From an uncultured delta proteobacterium (GTDB lineage: Bacteria; Myxococcota_A; UBA9160; UBA4427): a stretch of 64,000 nucleotides of DNA. The notes under the pieces were generated by a model that was given only the letters and a program-made list of their open reading frames with translations, searched no databases and was not told the origin of the DNA. The position numbers were made by a program, and so were the translations under genes. Of this stretch, positions 51,588-61,782 are shown piece by piece. The first letter of the stretch is position 1. Every line of letters starts with the position of its first letter. The DNA lies in contig CAWGJT010000005.1 in assembly GCA_963822965.1 (NCBI GenBank), positions 1,728,001 through 1,792,000 on the forward strand, in the 5' to 3' direction.

Positions 51588-51950
51588 ATGGAGTGCTTCT
51601 CGCATCGCGGAACGCCGGCCGTGGGCTGCTGCAGGCACTGCGGCAAGGGACTCTGCGTGGAGTGCGCGCAGGACACGGGCGGCGGGCTCTGCTGCTCGGA
51701 CGCGTGCCGAGCCGAGCTCGCCGCCAGCCAGGAGATGGCCCGCCGCGGCAAGCGCGCCTACGGACTCGACGGCAAGGGCGCGCCCTCCGCCATCTTCGTC
51801 AACCTAGGCGCGGGCCTCGTCTTCCTCGTCTGGGGAGCGACCCTCGCGAAGACCCCCCTCGCCTACTTCCTGGTCACCCTGGGCGTCGTCTTCGTCGCCG
51901 CCGGCGTCATGGGCATCTACAACCGACGACGGACGGGCCTGGCGGTCTGA
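51588..51950 (+). CDS. B-box-like Zn-finger membrane protein
   Basis: CFSH...CRHCGKGLCVEC...CCSDAC plus 2 TM. Confidence 0.75.
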   Translation: MECFSHRGTPAVGCCRHCGKGLCVECAQDTGGGLCCSDACRAELAASQEMARRGKRAYGLDGKGAPSAIFVNLGAGLVFLVWGATLAKTPLAYFLVTLGVVFVAAGVMGIYNRRRTGLAV

Positions 51951-52007
51951 CCCCGGTCGGCGGACGCCGACGCGGCGGTGTAGAGTCGTGGGCGGGGATG
52001 GGCCGCC

Positions 52008-52415
52008 ATGGACCGCCGTGCCCGCTTGGTATTTCTGGCTCTCGTGCTGGCGCAGGCCTGCCACTCCGTCGAGGAGTACGCGTTCGAGCTGTATCGCGTG
52101 TTCGCTCCCGCCCGCTTCGCCAGCAGTCTCGTGAGCGACGATCTGGCGACGGGCTTCGTGATCCTGAACGCCGGCTTCTTCGTCTTCGGTCTCTGGTGCT
52201 ACTTCGTGCCCGTCCGGCTGCGGTGGGCCTCGGCCACGTCCTTCGTCTGGCCGTGGGTTATGATCGAGATCGGCAACGGAGTGGGGCACCCGGCGCTGGC
52301 TCTCTGGAACGGCGGCTACTTCCCGGGCGTCGCGACGGCGCCCCTGCTCCTCGTCCTTGCATCGTACCTGGCCGTGCTGCTACTGCGAAGCCGGGAGGAT
52401 GCCGCGCTTCGTTGA
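52008..52415 (+). CDS. HXXEE domain membrane protein
   Basis: HSVEEY, GVGH, YFPGVATA. Confidence 0.85.
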   Translation: MDRRARLVFLALVLAQACHSVEEYAFELYRVFAPARFASSLVSDDLATGFVILNAGFFVFGLWCYFVPVRLRWASATSFVWPWVMIEIGNGVGHPALALWNGGYFPGVATAPLLLVLASYLAVLLLRSREDAALR

Positions 52416-52426
52416 TCGGAGGGAGC

Positions 52427-52885
52427 ATGAGTCTCTGGGAACGAGTGAAGGCCTATCTGCAGAGACGCGCCGTCCTCCAGAAGGACAAGGACGGCCGACC
52501 GGCCGACCTCGAGGTGCAGGTCGCCACCGCCATCCTGCTGCTGGAGGCGGCCCACGGCGACGAGGAGTACGAGTGGCGAGAGCACCGGGCCATCGTCCGG
52601 GGCCTCGAGCGTGGCTTCGGAATCGGGCGGGCCGAGACGCTCCAGCTGATGGGTCGCGCGGAGGACATCCGCCCGCCGGCCGTGAGCCTGAAGGACGTGA
52701 CGCGGATCATCGCCGAGCGCTACTCCCTCGAGCAGCGCATGGCCATCGTGGCGCTCCTCTGGCAGGTCATCGACGCCGACGACGTCGTCGAGGACTGGGA
52801 GCAGGTCTTCGCGGATCACGTGGCACGGGCCGTCGGTCTGGGCCCCGAAGAAGCCGACAGGGCGCGCCGAGGCGAGACGGCCTGA
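52427..52885 (+). CDS. TerB-family protein
   Basis: ATAILLLEAAHGD...LWQVIDAD...WE. Confidence 0.75.
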   Translation: MSLWERVKAYLQRRAVLQKDKDGRPADLEVQVATAILLLEAAHGDEEYEWREHRAIVRGLERGFGIGRAETLQLMGRAEDIRPPAVSLKDVTRIIAERYSLEQRMAIVALLWQVIDADDVVEDWEQVFADHVARAVGLGPEEADRARRGETA

Positions 52886-52986
52886 TCCGACGCGCGCGCG
52901 GATCGTCGTGCGCGCGGACCGAAGCCTGCCGGATGGCACCCGGTCGGATGGCACCCGCCTGACACCACCCGCCTGATGCCGGCCGC

Positions 52987-55900
52987 CTAGGCCACCCCGC
53001 CGGCGCCTCCGGTCGCGGTGCTGGCCACTCGCAGGGTGCTCAGCAGGCGAACCACCGTGGGGAAGCCCGCGGCGAGAGCGGGGATCACCGCCAGGGTGAC
53101 GTCCACGGTGTCGCGTCCCGCGTAGACCGCGTATCCCAGGATGAGAAGGAAGACGAGGGCGAGCGGGATGCGCGCCAGCTCCCAGGCGCCGCCGGTGGCA
53201 CCCCGCTCCCAGCTGCTCACCCGCTCGGGACGCTCGACGCGACGGGCGAAGAGCCCGAACGCCCGGCTCACGAGCCGGAAGCTCGGCGCCCGGCGGACGA
53301 GCCCCCGGCGCATCAGCCGTTCGACGCTGGTCTCGTTCCGGGGGTTCAGCAGGTCGCCCTCGGCGAGCTGGATCACCGCCAGGCGATCTTCCGCCGGCAG
53401 CAGCGCCCAGATGCGCCGGAAGAGCGGCTCGGCGCGCTCGACCACCCAGTGGATCAGCTGGCGCTCGTCGAGCTCGCCGCTCCGGAACCGCGGGTCGGCG
53501 GCGATCTCCGCCCGCACCTCCATCAGCCACGGGCTCCAGTCGCACTCCGCGCGCAGCACGTCCACCAGATGGGGCGATGCCTTCCCGGTCTCCCCGAGGT
53601 CTTGCGGCATCCAGGCGACCCGGGTCGGGTGGACCTGCGCCAGCAGGGCTCCCCAGCGAAGCCGCTGCACGTCCAGGGCGCGCGTCGCCTTCTCCGAGCT
53701 CGCGTCGTCCGGCACCTTGCCGCTGACTGCGGCGGCGTCCTGCTGCCACGTCGAGGTTCGCAGGTAGTCGAGGGGATTCACGTCGCTGCAGATCACGACC
53801 CGGTAGCGGCCCGCGCGAAGGATGTCCGACAGCGCGGCCCGCACCTTCTCCCGCTGGTCCTCCAGGGGCAGCACCAGGTGCAGGTCCTCGACGATGAGCA
53901 GGAGCTTGCCGACCGGCGACGAGTGGGTCCACGTCGCGGGATCGCTCTTCGCGTCCACGTGGTCGACCGCGAAGCCCTGGCTCGAGGCGCGTGCCGCCAA
54001 CGCGGCCGCCCAGCCGGGCGGCGGAAACAGCACGAGGCGATTGCTGGCCAGCAGCTCGGCGTCGGAGGCCGGCACCTCGCTGCCCATGACGTCCGGGACG
54101 CCGAGACCCAGCACCCGGGTCGCCAGGAGCCACAGCAGCAGCAGCGCCAGGCCGACGACGGCTCCCACCCCGAGCGCGGCCCCGAGCCATGCACACACGG
54201 TCTGCGGCTGCGGGATGGGAAGTCGCGGCGCCAGCATCCGCAGGCCGCCGCGACGGTACTCGAGCCCCCCCAGGCCCATGCTGCGCGGAATCGACGGTGC
54301 GCCACCCGGGGCGATCGGGAGCCAGCACTCGCTGCCGTCGTCGGAGCCCACGTCGAAGAGCTGGCGCAGCTCGACGGACGTGGCGCTGAAGCCGGGGAGC
54401 TTGCGGGTCAGCCAGGTGGTGAAGGCACCCGTGTAGTCGTCCACCGCCTCGACGCAGGGCTCCGGGGCGGTCTCGACGACGTCGCATAGCCCCACCGCAC
54501 GCGCTGCGGCCGCGCCACGACGACCCTCCAGCTCGACCGACTCCACCAGCGAGGGCTGCACGTAGAAGCCCCGACAACGGGCGCTGTCCGAGCGCTCCAC
54601 CCGCGCCGGCCGGAGGCCGCCGAAGCGTTCGGGGTCCAGGCGGGCGGCGTCCACCTGCAGTCCGGCCGCCCGCCGCATCTGCGCGTCCACGGCAACCCGC
54701 TCGCCGTGGCGCGTCAGGCGATCGAGCTGCGCGCGCTGCACGTCCTTGAAGAGCGCGAAGCTCGGGCCCACCACGCACACCAGCAGCAGTGCGAACAGCA
54801 GGGCCAGATACGCGCGCTGGCCGTTGCGCGTGCGCTCGGCGTCGGCGCTCGGGGTCGACAGCGCCCACGACGCCGCCAGCAGGCCGGCGGGAATCGCCAG
54901 CAGCGACAGGACCACCATGGGCCGCGGGTCGAGGACCGCGTCCTTCGCGGCCAGGAACACGATGGCGTACATCCCCACGGCGCCCGCGACGATGCACAGT
55001 CGAGCCAGGCTGCCGCCACGGCGCCTTGGACCTTCCCCCTGCAGCGCCAGGTACACGAAGCCGATCGCCGCAGGCGGCAAGGTGAGGATCGGCCACAACA
55101 GGTGCACTCCGCGCAGCCACAGGACGGACAGCATCTGGAACCCGAAGAGGACCCCCACGAAGGTCGCGCTCCTCCAGTAGCGCGAGCGGAGACGCTCGTC
55201 GGGCCAGAACCACGAGGCACGCGATCCCGGGGCGAACCACGCGGCCAGCAGCCCCACGGTGAGGAGGCCCAGCACATAGAGCACCAGGTGGCTCCCCGCC
55301 GCCAGCAGCATGTCGACGTGCAGCAGGTCGTAGAGGTTGTCCCGCTGGAACACCACCAGCGTCCAGGGCAGATCGCGGACGGGCTGCACGCTGAAGCGGT
55401 GCGCGCCCTCGGCGCGATAGCGCCCGTCCACCGCCCGGGCCCTCCGCAGCCGGACGAGGGTCTGCAACCGCCAGTCCGAGCCGGTCTCCGCCAGGAAGTT
55501 CTCCACCAGGCTCCGGCTGTCGCTCGAATGGAAGACCACGCGGCCGTCGTCGTCGACGAGCGCGAAGCCGAAGCCGGGAGGCAGCACCGTGGACGTCAGG
55601 GAGTCGAAGCGGCGCGTGAGAGCCGCCGCGATGGCGCCCTTGCTCTCACACTCCGTCCCCTCGATCTCTTCGGGAGCTACCGGCGCGGACACCGCGGTGA
55701 GCCTCCAGCCGTGGTCGTAGGTCTTGATGCGCTGCAGGAAGGCCTGCTCGGCGGGCTCGCCTTCCACCTGCAGGCTCCACAGCTTGCCGTCGCGCACGTG
55801 CGTGAAGTAGGGGCGGTCGGAGACGCGGATGTGGCTCACCTCGCCCATCCGGTAGTTGGCCTGCTCGCCCACCTGCTCGCCGCTCTCGTCGAGCACGAAG

Positions 55901-57663
55901 GCCACGTCGTAGGGCGGATAGATGAAGGTGCCCTCGTTCGTCGTTTCCCACTCGAGGTGACTCGTCGAGTGGGTGCTCGCCTCGGGGGTCACGCAGATGC
56001 GACGCCGGGCGTCGCGCAGCGCCTGCAGCGACTCCACGACCTCGCGGCGCAGGTCGCGCTCCATGCGCAGCGCCACGTCTCGAGCCGTCGCGTCCAGGTT
56101 TCGTTGCAGGGCCACCCCCGTCACGAGGTCCGCCACGAGCAGGGTGAGCAGCCCCACCGCCAGGGCCCCGGAGGTGACGAGCTCGAGGACGTGCCGGATC
56201 CCGAGGCGCTCGCGCGGCCCCGAGAGCAGGAGCCGCAGCCAGGGCCACGCCAGCGCCAGCATCACGAGACCGGAGACCGCCAGCGTGAGCTGCGACCGCG
56301 AGGACGCCATCGAATCGCGGCGGAAACGCTTGTCCGAGACGAGACCCACGACGTACCAGTCGGCGGCGGCGGTAGAGTCCGTGTCCTTCGACGCCTTGGT
56401 CGCCGGCCCCGACGAGCGCGAGGCCTGGGCCTTCAGCGGGTGCACGAAGACCAGGTAGCGGGCCTGGTCCAGCTCCAGCTCGACGGGATGACCGCGAGCC
56501 GCCGCCAACGCCGAAGCGGCTTCTTCGGGCGCGGCGCCGGACCCGCCGGATTCGGCGCCCTGGGCGAGCTGCTTCAGGCGCTCGAGGGTGCCGGCGGACG
56601 GCGCAGAGACGAGGAGCCGGTCCAGCCGGTCGGCCGCCGCGATGGGACCACCCGCCGAGGCGTGCATCACGCGTCCGTCGTCGCTCGCGATGACCAGCTG
56701 GTCGAAGGCGCTCGCCGCCGCCTCGTCGAGGGGCGCCACGAGATCCGAGAAGGGGAGCGTGATCCGGACGCGCGTACGCCGGACCGCGTCACCGGTCTCG
56801 TCCGGCAGGTCGACGCGACAGCCCTCGGCCACGAGCGTGAGGGGCTGGGCGACGCCCGTGAGAGCGCGCGCCGGCGGCGTGACCTGCTCGGGATCGCACG
56901 GAGCGTGCGGATCAGGCGGAGCAGACGATGCGTTCGGCTCGAACGCCTCGATGACGATCGCCCGGTACTCGGGCGTCTTCCGCAGGCCCTCGATATAGTT
57001 CACCATCTGTTGGGCCTGGATACAGTCGTCTCGCGCTTTGGGAACGGCCTCGGAATCTGATCTTTTGACCACGTTGCACTGCGGCCTGCGCGCGGCTGCC
57101 TCCTCGTCGATCTCCTTGCGGCGCGCCTCCAGCAGCTGCAGGCGGTCCTCGACGTGCAGGCGTTCGGAGAGGATGCTCTCGCTCTCCACGTACTTTTCGC
57201 GGTCCGGCGGGTTGTAGGCGCGCTGCTCGAAGGCGAGGCTGCGCATCTTGGCGCTCTCGCCCCGGAGCCCGGCGAGGCTCCGGCGATCGAGCTTGTCCTT
57301 GCGCTCCTTCAGCCGCTCGATCTCCGTATCGAGCCAGTCCCGCACGTCCCGCGCGTGGTCGGCTTCGCGCGCCACGGCCTGGCTCAGCTCCGTCTCGGCC
57401 TCGTCCAGGTCGTGCCGCCACGCGTCGGGGTCGCTGTCGCGACCCCGCGGCACCAGGCTGAACTGGAGGAGCGGCGTGAGCCGCTGCATCTGCGCTTCGA
57501 GCTCGCGGCCCGTCTCGGCCAGCACCCGCACGTTGCGCGCCAGCATGTGCTGCTGCTGCGGCTCCAGCACCATGAAGATGTAGAGGGCGATGGGGATGAG
57601 GACCACCGCGAGCAGGATGGAGAGCACCCGAACGAGCCGGTAGCGAGATCCATCCGCAGCCAT
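52987..57663 (-). CDS. 1558-aa multi-pass membrane protein with Cache-like domains and degenerate NTPase/wHTH-like C-terminal region
   Basis: TM, coiled coil, DGRVMH, VSDRPYF, GFALVDDDGRVVFHS, LPWTLVV, many TMs, LLLIVEDL, VVICSD, LMRRGLV, 2 terminal TMs. Confidence 0.75.
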   Translation of the reverse strand: MAADGSRYRLVRVLSILLAVVLIPIALYIFMVLEPQQQHMLARNVRVLAETGRELEAQMQRLTPLLQFSLVPRGRDSDPDAWRHDLDEAETELSQAVAREADHARDVRDWLDTEIERLKERKDKLDRRSLAGLRGESAKMRSLAFEQRAYNPPDREKYVESESILSERLHVEDRLQLLEARRKEIDEEAAARRPQCNVVKRSDSEAVPKARDDCIQAQQMVNYIEGLRKTPEYRAIVIEAFEPNASSAPPDPHAPCDPEQVTPPARALTGVAQPLTLVAEGCRVDLPDETGDAVRRTRVRITLPFSDLVAPLDEAAASAFDQLVIASDDGRVMHASAGGPIAAADRLDRLLVSAPSAGTLERLKQLAQGAESGGSGAAPEEAASALAAARGHPVELELDQARYLVFVHPLKAQASRSSGPATKASKDTDSTAAADWYVVGLVSDKRFRRDSMASSRSQLTLAVSGLVMLALAWPWLRLLLSGPRERLGIRHVLELVTSGALAVGLLTLLVADLVTGVALQRNLDATARDVALRMERDLRREVVESLQALRDARRRICVTPEASTHSTSHLEWETTNEGTFIYPPYDVAFVLDESGEQVGEQANYRMGEVSHIRVSDRPYFTHVRDGKLWSLQVEGEPAEQAFLQRIKTYDHGWRLTAVSAPVAPEEIEGTECESKGAIAAALTRRFDSLTSTVLPPGFGFALVDDDGRVVFHSSDSRSLVENFLAETGSDWRLQTLVRLRRARAVDGRYRAEGAHRFSVQPVRDLPWTLVVFQRDNLYDLLHVDMLLAAGSHLVLYVLGLLTVGLLAAWFAPGSRASWFWPDERLRSRYWRSATFVGVLFGFQMLSVLWLRGVHLLWPILTLPPAAIGFVYLALQGEGPRRRGGSLARLCIVAGAVGMYAIVFLAAKDAVLDPRPMVVLSLLAIPAGLLAASWALSTPSADAERTRNGQRAYLALLFALLLVCVVGPSFALFKDVQRAQLDRLTRHGERVAVDAQMRRAAGLQVDAARLDPERFGGLRPARVERSDSARCRGFYVQPSLVESVELEGRRGAAAARAVGLCDVVETAPEPCVEAVDDYTGAFTTWLTRKLPGFSATSVELRQLFDVGSDDGSECWLPIAPGGAPSIPRSMGLGGLEYRRGGLRMLAPRLPIPQPQTVCAWLGAALGVGAVVGLALLLLWLLATRVLGLGVPDVMGSEVPASDAELLASNRLVLFPPPGWAAALAARASSQGFAVDHVDAKSDPATWTHSSPVGKLLLIVEDLHLVLPLEDQREKVRAALSDILRAGRYRVVICSDVNPLDYLRTSTWQQDAAAVSGKVPDDASSEKATRALDVQRLRWGALLAQVHPTRVAWMPQDLGETGKASPHLVDVLRAECDWSPWLMEVRAEIAADPRFRSGELDERQLIHWVVERAEPLFRRIWALLPAEDRLAVIQLAEGDLLNPRNETSVERLMRRGLVRRAPSFRLVSRAFGLFARRVERPERVSSWERGATGGAWELARIPLALVFLLILGYAVYAGRDTVDVTLAVIPALAAGFPTVVRLLSTLRVASTATGGAGGVA

Positions 57664-57696
57664 CGACGGGCCTCCTGTGATCGTTCCGGGGCTCGC

Positions 57697-59133
57697 TCAG
57701 CCGCCGTCCTGGATCTCCGCCACCACCGACTGGTACACGTCCGACTCCAGCAGCAGGCGCCGGCCCCACTCGACCAGCTCGTCCACCTGCTTGCGCGGAA
57801 GCTGGAGCCGTGTGCCGACGCTCTCCATGCGTTCGCGCGCGGCGGCGTCCGGAATGGCCTCGAAACGCACGTGGATGAGGGCGAGCTCGGGATGGGGCGG
57901 CCGGTCGGCGTCGGTCACGTGCATATCGGAACGACAGCGCTGCTGCAGCGCCCCTGTGGCGAGGCCGTCGCAGCGCCCGCGGATCGCCGCGAAGTCGCGC
58001 GCCGCGCGGTCCCACTCGTCGAACCACATACGCACCAGCTCGATGGTATCGGCGGAGTAGTTCTCCATGGGCCGACTGGCGGCCGCGTTCAGCACCTCCA
58101 CCAGGCCGGGCGGCCGGGACGAACGGTCGGCCTCCGGGTCGTCGTGCGGCTTCGCGTCCACGACGATGACCACGAGGCGCTGGATCTCGCGGCGGCTCGC
58201 CTTCTCGTAGATCTCGAGCGGGTTGCCTCCCTGGAGGCCGCTGCCGACGATGCGCAGGCCGATGTTGTCCGCGAGCCCGCCGTCCGACAGGTGGATGAAG
58301 GGCCGGCGATCGGCGTCCTCGTACGCGCGCCAGGTGCGGGCCAGCGTCCAACGCTCGGGCGAGACGTCGAAGTCCTGCTCGGCCAGCTCCACCCAGAGAG
58401 GCGCCTCGTAGCCGCAGCTCGCCTTGGGGCGGTTGTTCAGGGTGAGCGGAGCGAACGCCAGCGGGAAGGCCGAAGACGCCGTCACCCCGCGCGAGACGGT
58501 GACGCCGTCGAGGTTCGAGCAGAGACGGTCGAAGTGCGCCTGGGTGAACGAGAACTGCGCGCCCAGGGAGATGTCCGTGGCGTTCAGCACGATGAAGGGC
58601 CGGCGGCGCGGGAGATCGGCGTAGTGACGGTGCTGGAAGATGTGCTCGTCGTAGTACTCGTCGGCCAGGTCACCGCGGCTGAACCACGGCGAGAGCAGGC
58701 GGGGCCAATTCCAGGGCGCCGCCACGCGCAGCGCCAGGTCGGTCTCGATCGAACGGTGGAGCACCGCGTCGGGAAAGTCGCGAAAGAAGGCCTCCGGGCC
58801 GAAGAGCCCGTAGTAGGCGGCGGCGAAGCTGCCACCCGACACCGAGGAGATGACGTCCACCTCGTCCAGCATCCTTCGGGAATCGCCGAGCTCGGTGTCC
58901 CGGAGCGCCTCCATCACGCCATAGGAGAACGCGGCCGCTCGCGTGCCGCCCCCGGAGAGCGTGACGACGACGAAGGTCTGGTCGGGGTCGGCGGCCCCGT
59001 CGTCCGTCGCGAGTGTCTCGAAGCGATAGCCGCCCTGGGGATCGTACGGCGGGTCGAGGGGAGGGTTCCGGGGATAGTGGGCGCAGCCGGCCACCAGCAG
59101 CGAGAGCGCCAGGATCTGGGCTCGCAGCCTCAC
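57697..59133 (-). CDS. Patatin-like phospholipase lipoprotein
   Basis: VAGC lipobox; SGGGTRAA, SSVSGGS, ASSAFP, DGGLADNIG. Confidence 0.88.
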   Translation of the reverse strand: MRLRAQILALSLLVAGCAHYPRNPPLDPPYDPQGGYRFETLATDDGAADPDQTFVVVTLSGGGTRAAAFSYGVMEALRDTELGDSRRMLDEVDVISSVSGGSFAAAYYGLFGPEAFFRDFPDAVLHRSIETDLALRVAAPWNWPRLLSPWFSRGDLADEYYDEHIFQHRHYADLPRRRPFIVLNATDISLGAQFSFTQAHFDRLCSNLDGVTVSRGVTASSAFPLAFAPLTLNNRPKASCGYEAPLWVELAEQDFDVSPERWTLARTWRAYEDADRRPFIHLSDGGLADNIGLRIVGSGLQGGNPLEIYEKASRREIQRLVVIVVDAKPHDDPEADRSSRPPGLVEVLNAAASRPMENYSADTIELVRMWFDEWDRAARDFAAIRGRCDGLATGALQQRCRSDMHVTDADRPPHPELALIHVRFEAIPDAAARERMESVGTRLQLPRKQVDELVEWGRRLLLESDVYQSVVAEIQDGG

Positions 59134-59357
59134 GTGGGCGCCGCCCCGGTGGGCGTGAACGCGACCTCCAGCGGATCCAGCACGGAGGTGTTCACCACCT
59201 TCACGTCGCGCTTGCTGGGCGTGTAGTCCTTCGGCGTGCCGAGAGCGAAGCGGTGCGTGCCCTTGGAGACGATCAGCACCGTATTGGTCTCGCCCGATCG
59301 ACGGCCGTCGACGAAGACGTCGCGGGTGCGTGGATAGACGACCTTGACCCACTCCAC
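59130..59357 (-). CDS. Small PEGA-like beta protein
   Basis: VFVDG...GTHRFAL; RBS AGGAGG; GTGA coupling to patatin. Confidence 0.7.
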   Translation of the reverse strand: MEWVKVVYPRTRDVFVDGRRSGETNTVLIVSKGTHRFALGTPKDYTPSKRDVKVVNTSVLDPLEVAFTPTGAAPT

Positions 59358-59374
59358 CGGGCTCGCCCTCCTGT

Positions 59375-59455
59375 CCTTCGCTTCGCGCTCCGCGTCGCGT
59401 GCGGCCCTTCGCTTCGCGCTCCGCGTCGCGTGCCGCCCTTCGCTTCTCGCTCCGC
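59375..59455. repeat. 31-bp tandem repeat, about 2.6 copies
   Basis: CCTTCGCTTC(G/T)CGCTCCGC... at 59375, 59406 and 59437. Confidence 0.8.
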
Positions 59456-59507
59456 TACGTCGTTCGGTTTCCGCTATTCCGTTCGCGTTGCGCTCTTCCG
59501 TTCGCCT

Positions 59508-60293
59508 TCAGCCCAGGACCCGGGCGACCTCGAAGTGCATCCCGTCGGCCCGGCCGAGGAAGTGCCCGCCCCAGTAGAAGCCGTACTCGTTGGCGAGCGG
59601 AACCAGCTCGCGCACCGAGCCCTTGCGGCTGCGCAGGGCGGGCAGCACGCCGAGCTTGTTCCACGCGTAGTTCACGTCGAAGGCCGTGCCCCAGGCGTGG
59701 CTCGAGAGGGTCTGGCTGCTGCCGCGGATGAAGCGCGGCACGAAGCTGCCCTCCCAGGTCAGGAGCACGCGCAGCAGCCCGGCCTCCTCCCAGGCGTCGA
59801 AGAGGGCGCGCGTCTGCTCCACCACCAGCCGGTGGAGGGCAATGCGGCCGCTGGCGGGCGCTCCCTTCACGCCCCTGAGCTGCGGGATGGTGACGCGCCG
59901 GATGTTGCGCTGCTGCCAGTCGCCGAGGATGCGAATGTCGTCCCGGTCCGCAGAGATGCGTTCGTAGTCGAAGCGCCCGAACACGACTTCGCGCTCGGCG
60001 TTCGAGGCGAGCGCGGCGAAGATCGGCCGGGGCGGCCAGTCCGAGCCCGACGTGCCGCCCTGGGGATCGCTGAAGCCCGCGTCGAACTGGCGCTGGAGGG
60101 CCGCCGCCAGGGTGAGCGGCCCCACGGTGCCGTCCACTTCGAGCCGCGCGCGGCGCTGGAAGCGGCGCGTGGCCTTCTCGGTGCCGGGACCGAAGATGCC
60201 GTCGACCGGGCCGTCGAGCATTCCCTGACCGAGCAGGAAGGTCTGCCAGCGGCGAACCTCGTCCCCCTCGCTTCCGCGGCGCAGGATCTGCAC
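59508..60293 (-). CDS. M15-family peptidoglycan peptidase with PG-binding domain
   Basis: LRRGSEG..V..WQ..L...DGIFGPGT..A.RRFQ; R..SSHAWGTAFD; DGMHFE. Confidence 0.9.
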   Translation of the reverse strand: MQILRRGSEGDEVRRWQTFLLGQGMLDGPVDGIFGPGTEKATRRFQRRARLEVDGTVGPLTLAAALQRQFDAGFSDPQGGTSGSDWPPRPIFAALASNAEREVVFGRFDYERISADRDDIRILGDWQQRNIRRVTIPQLRGVKGAPASGRIALHRLVVEQTRALFDAWEEAGLLRVLLTWEGSFVPRFIRGSSQTLSSHAWGTAFDVNYAWNKLGVLPALRSRKGSVRELVPLANEYGFYWGGHFLGRADGMHFEVARVLG

Positions 60294-60574
60294 GTTCCCC
60301 TCCGAGCGTGCGCGAGACTCCGAGCTGTTTCCTTACTCCGAACAGCGTAGGCACGTCAACACCGAATGCGTTCTGGCGAAGACCTTCCCCTCGCCGAGAA
60401 GCCGCCCGGCGAGCCGCGCAGCGCCTTCCGTTCCCCCTTTTTCCCCACGTTCCGCGGCGGGAGAGCGACCGTGTAGACTCCTCGGGCGCCCGGATGCGGC
60501 GTTCTGGTCGATTGCCCGGGCGCGCGTGGCGCATCGACCCTCGCTCGTTCATTCACTTCGAAAAGGGACCCTTC

Positions 60575-60958
60575 ATGCCTTCGTGGCTCACGTTCGCGCT
60601 CATCGGGATCATGGCGGGCATCGCCGCCGGCCTCTTCGGACTCGGGGGCGGCGTCGTCCTCGTTCCGGCGCTGATCTACTGGGCCGGGTTCTCCCAGCAC
60701 ATGGCGACGGGCACGAGCCTCGCAGTGCTGCTGCCGCCCATCGGGCTGGCCGCGACGCTCGAGTACTACCGCAACGACAACGTGGACTTCCACGCGGCGG
60801 CGATCCTGGCCATCGGGCTGTTCACGGGCGCCTGGGTCGGCGCCTACCTCGCCAACCACATGAGGGGACCGACCCTGCGGCTCCTCTTCGGCGTCTTCAT
60901 CACCGGCCTCGGCGTCTACCTGGTGCACGGGGCGGTCCGCCGGCTGGGCTGGCTGTGA
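60575..60958 (+). CDS. TauE/SafE sulfite-exporter family (half-size)
   Basis: GLFGLGGGVVLVP, QHMATGTSL. Confidence 0.88.
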   Translation: MPSWLTFALIGIMAGIAAGLFGLGGGVVLVPALIYWAGFSQHMATGTSLAVLLPPIGLAATLEYYRNDNVDFHAAAILAIGLFTGAWVGAYLANHMRGPTLRLLFGVFITGLGVYLVHGAVRRLGWL

Positions 60959-60975
60959 CACGAGGCGGAGGTCGC

Positions 60976-61773
60976 GTGGAAGGAGGAGACGATCGCCCGC
61001 AGCCGAGCCCCCGAGATCGCCTGATCGACCTCGTCCAGCGCCGGATCGCGCGGACGAGCTCTCCGCGGTGGCAGCTCAGCGTCATCCTCGTCCTGACCGG
61101 GCTCTTCGGCTTCCTCACCTCGCTGCTGCTGCTGTGGCTGGGACTCGATCACATGGGCTGGCGGTACCTCGTCGCCTTCTCGACGGCCTATGCGGTCTTC
61201 CTGCTGTCGCTCAGGGTGTGGGCACGCACGTACCGCGAGAGCTACGACCCGTCCGACCTGGTGGACACGCTGAACGTGGGCGTGGATCTCCCGGCGGGCT
61301 CGCCGTCGCCCCCGATCCCCGAGCCCTTCGAGGGATCGGGGGGCTCGTTCGGAGGAGGTGGAGCCGGCGGCTCCTGGCACGAGGCGGTCGCGGATCCGGA
61401 CTGGCACGCCGACGTCCCGAGCGTTGGCGGTCACGCCATCGACGTGGCCGGGCCGGGGCTGCCGCTGGACATCGACGAGGGCTGGGTGTTCGTGTTGCCG
61501 GCGGCGGTGGCGTTGTCCGGCCTCGTAGCGGTGGGGTTCGTCGTCTACTCGGCTCCCGTGCTCCTGGCCGAGCTCGTTCTCGACGTCGTCATCCTGGGTG
61601 GCGTGTATCGCCGCCTGAGAGGCATCGAGCCCCAGAGCTGGCTCTGGGGCGCCATCCGGCGCACCTGGGTGCCCGCCCTGGCCCTCTGCATTCTCGTCGT
61701 GGGCCTCGGCTTCGTGCTCGAGTCCATTGCACCCGGGGCACGCACCATCGGCGAGGCGTTGGCGGCCGGGTAG
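60976..61773 (+). CDS. Hypothetical membrane protein
   Basis: SPRWQL, 4-5 TM, GGSFGGGGAGGSW. Confidence 0.7.
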   Translation: MEGGDDRPQPSPRDRLIDLVQRRIARTSSPRWQLSVILVLTGLFGFLTSLLLLWLGLDHMGWRYLVAFSTAYAVFLLSLRVWARTYRESYDPSDLVDTLNVGVDLPAGSPSPPIPEPFEGSGGSFGGGGAGGSWHEAVADPDWHADVPSVGGHAIDVAGPGLPLDIDEGWVFVLPAAVALSGLVAVGFVVYSAPVLLAELVLDVVILGGVYRRLRGIEPQSWLWGAIRRTWVPALALCILVVGLGFVLESIAPGARTIGEALAAG

Positions 61774-61782
61774 ATGTGCGGC

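Noticed and set aside
52925..52985. Short direct repeats (CGGATGGCACCCG x2, CACCCGCCTGA x2) between convergent genes
   Set aside because: Too short and GC-rich to support a functional call.
44037..59226. Long antisense or alternate-frame ORFs (e.g. 44037-46460, 47866-50406, 52316-55240, 54706-57060, 57154-59226)
   Set aside because: Shadow ORFs typical of high-GC DNA, overlapping well-supported genes; Arg/Pro/Gly-rich with no motifs.
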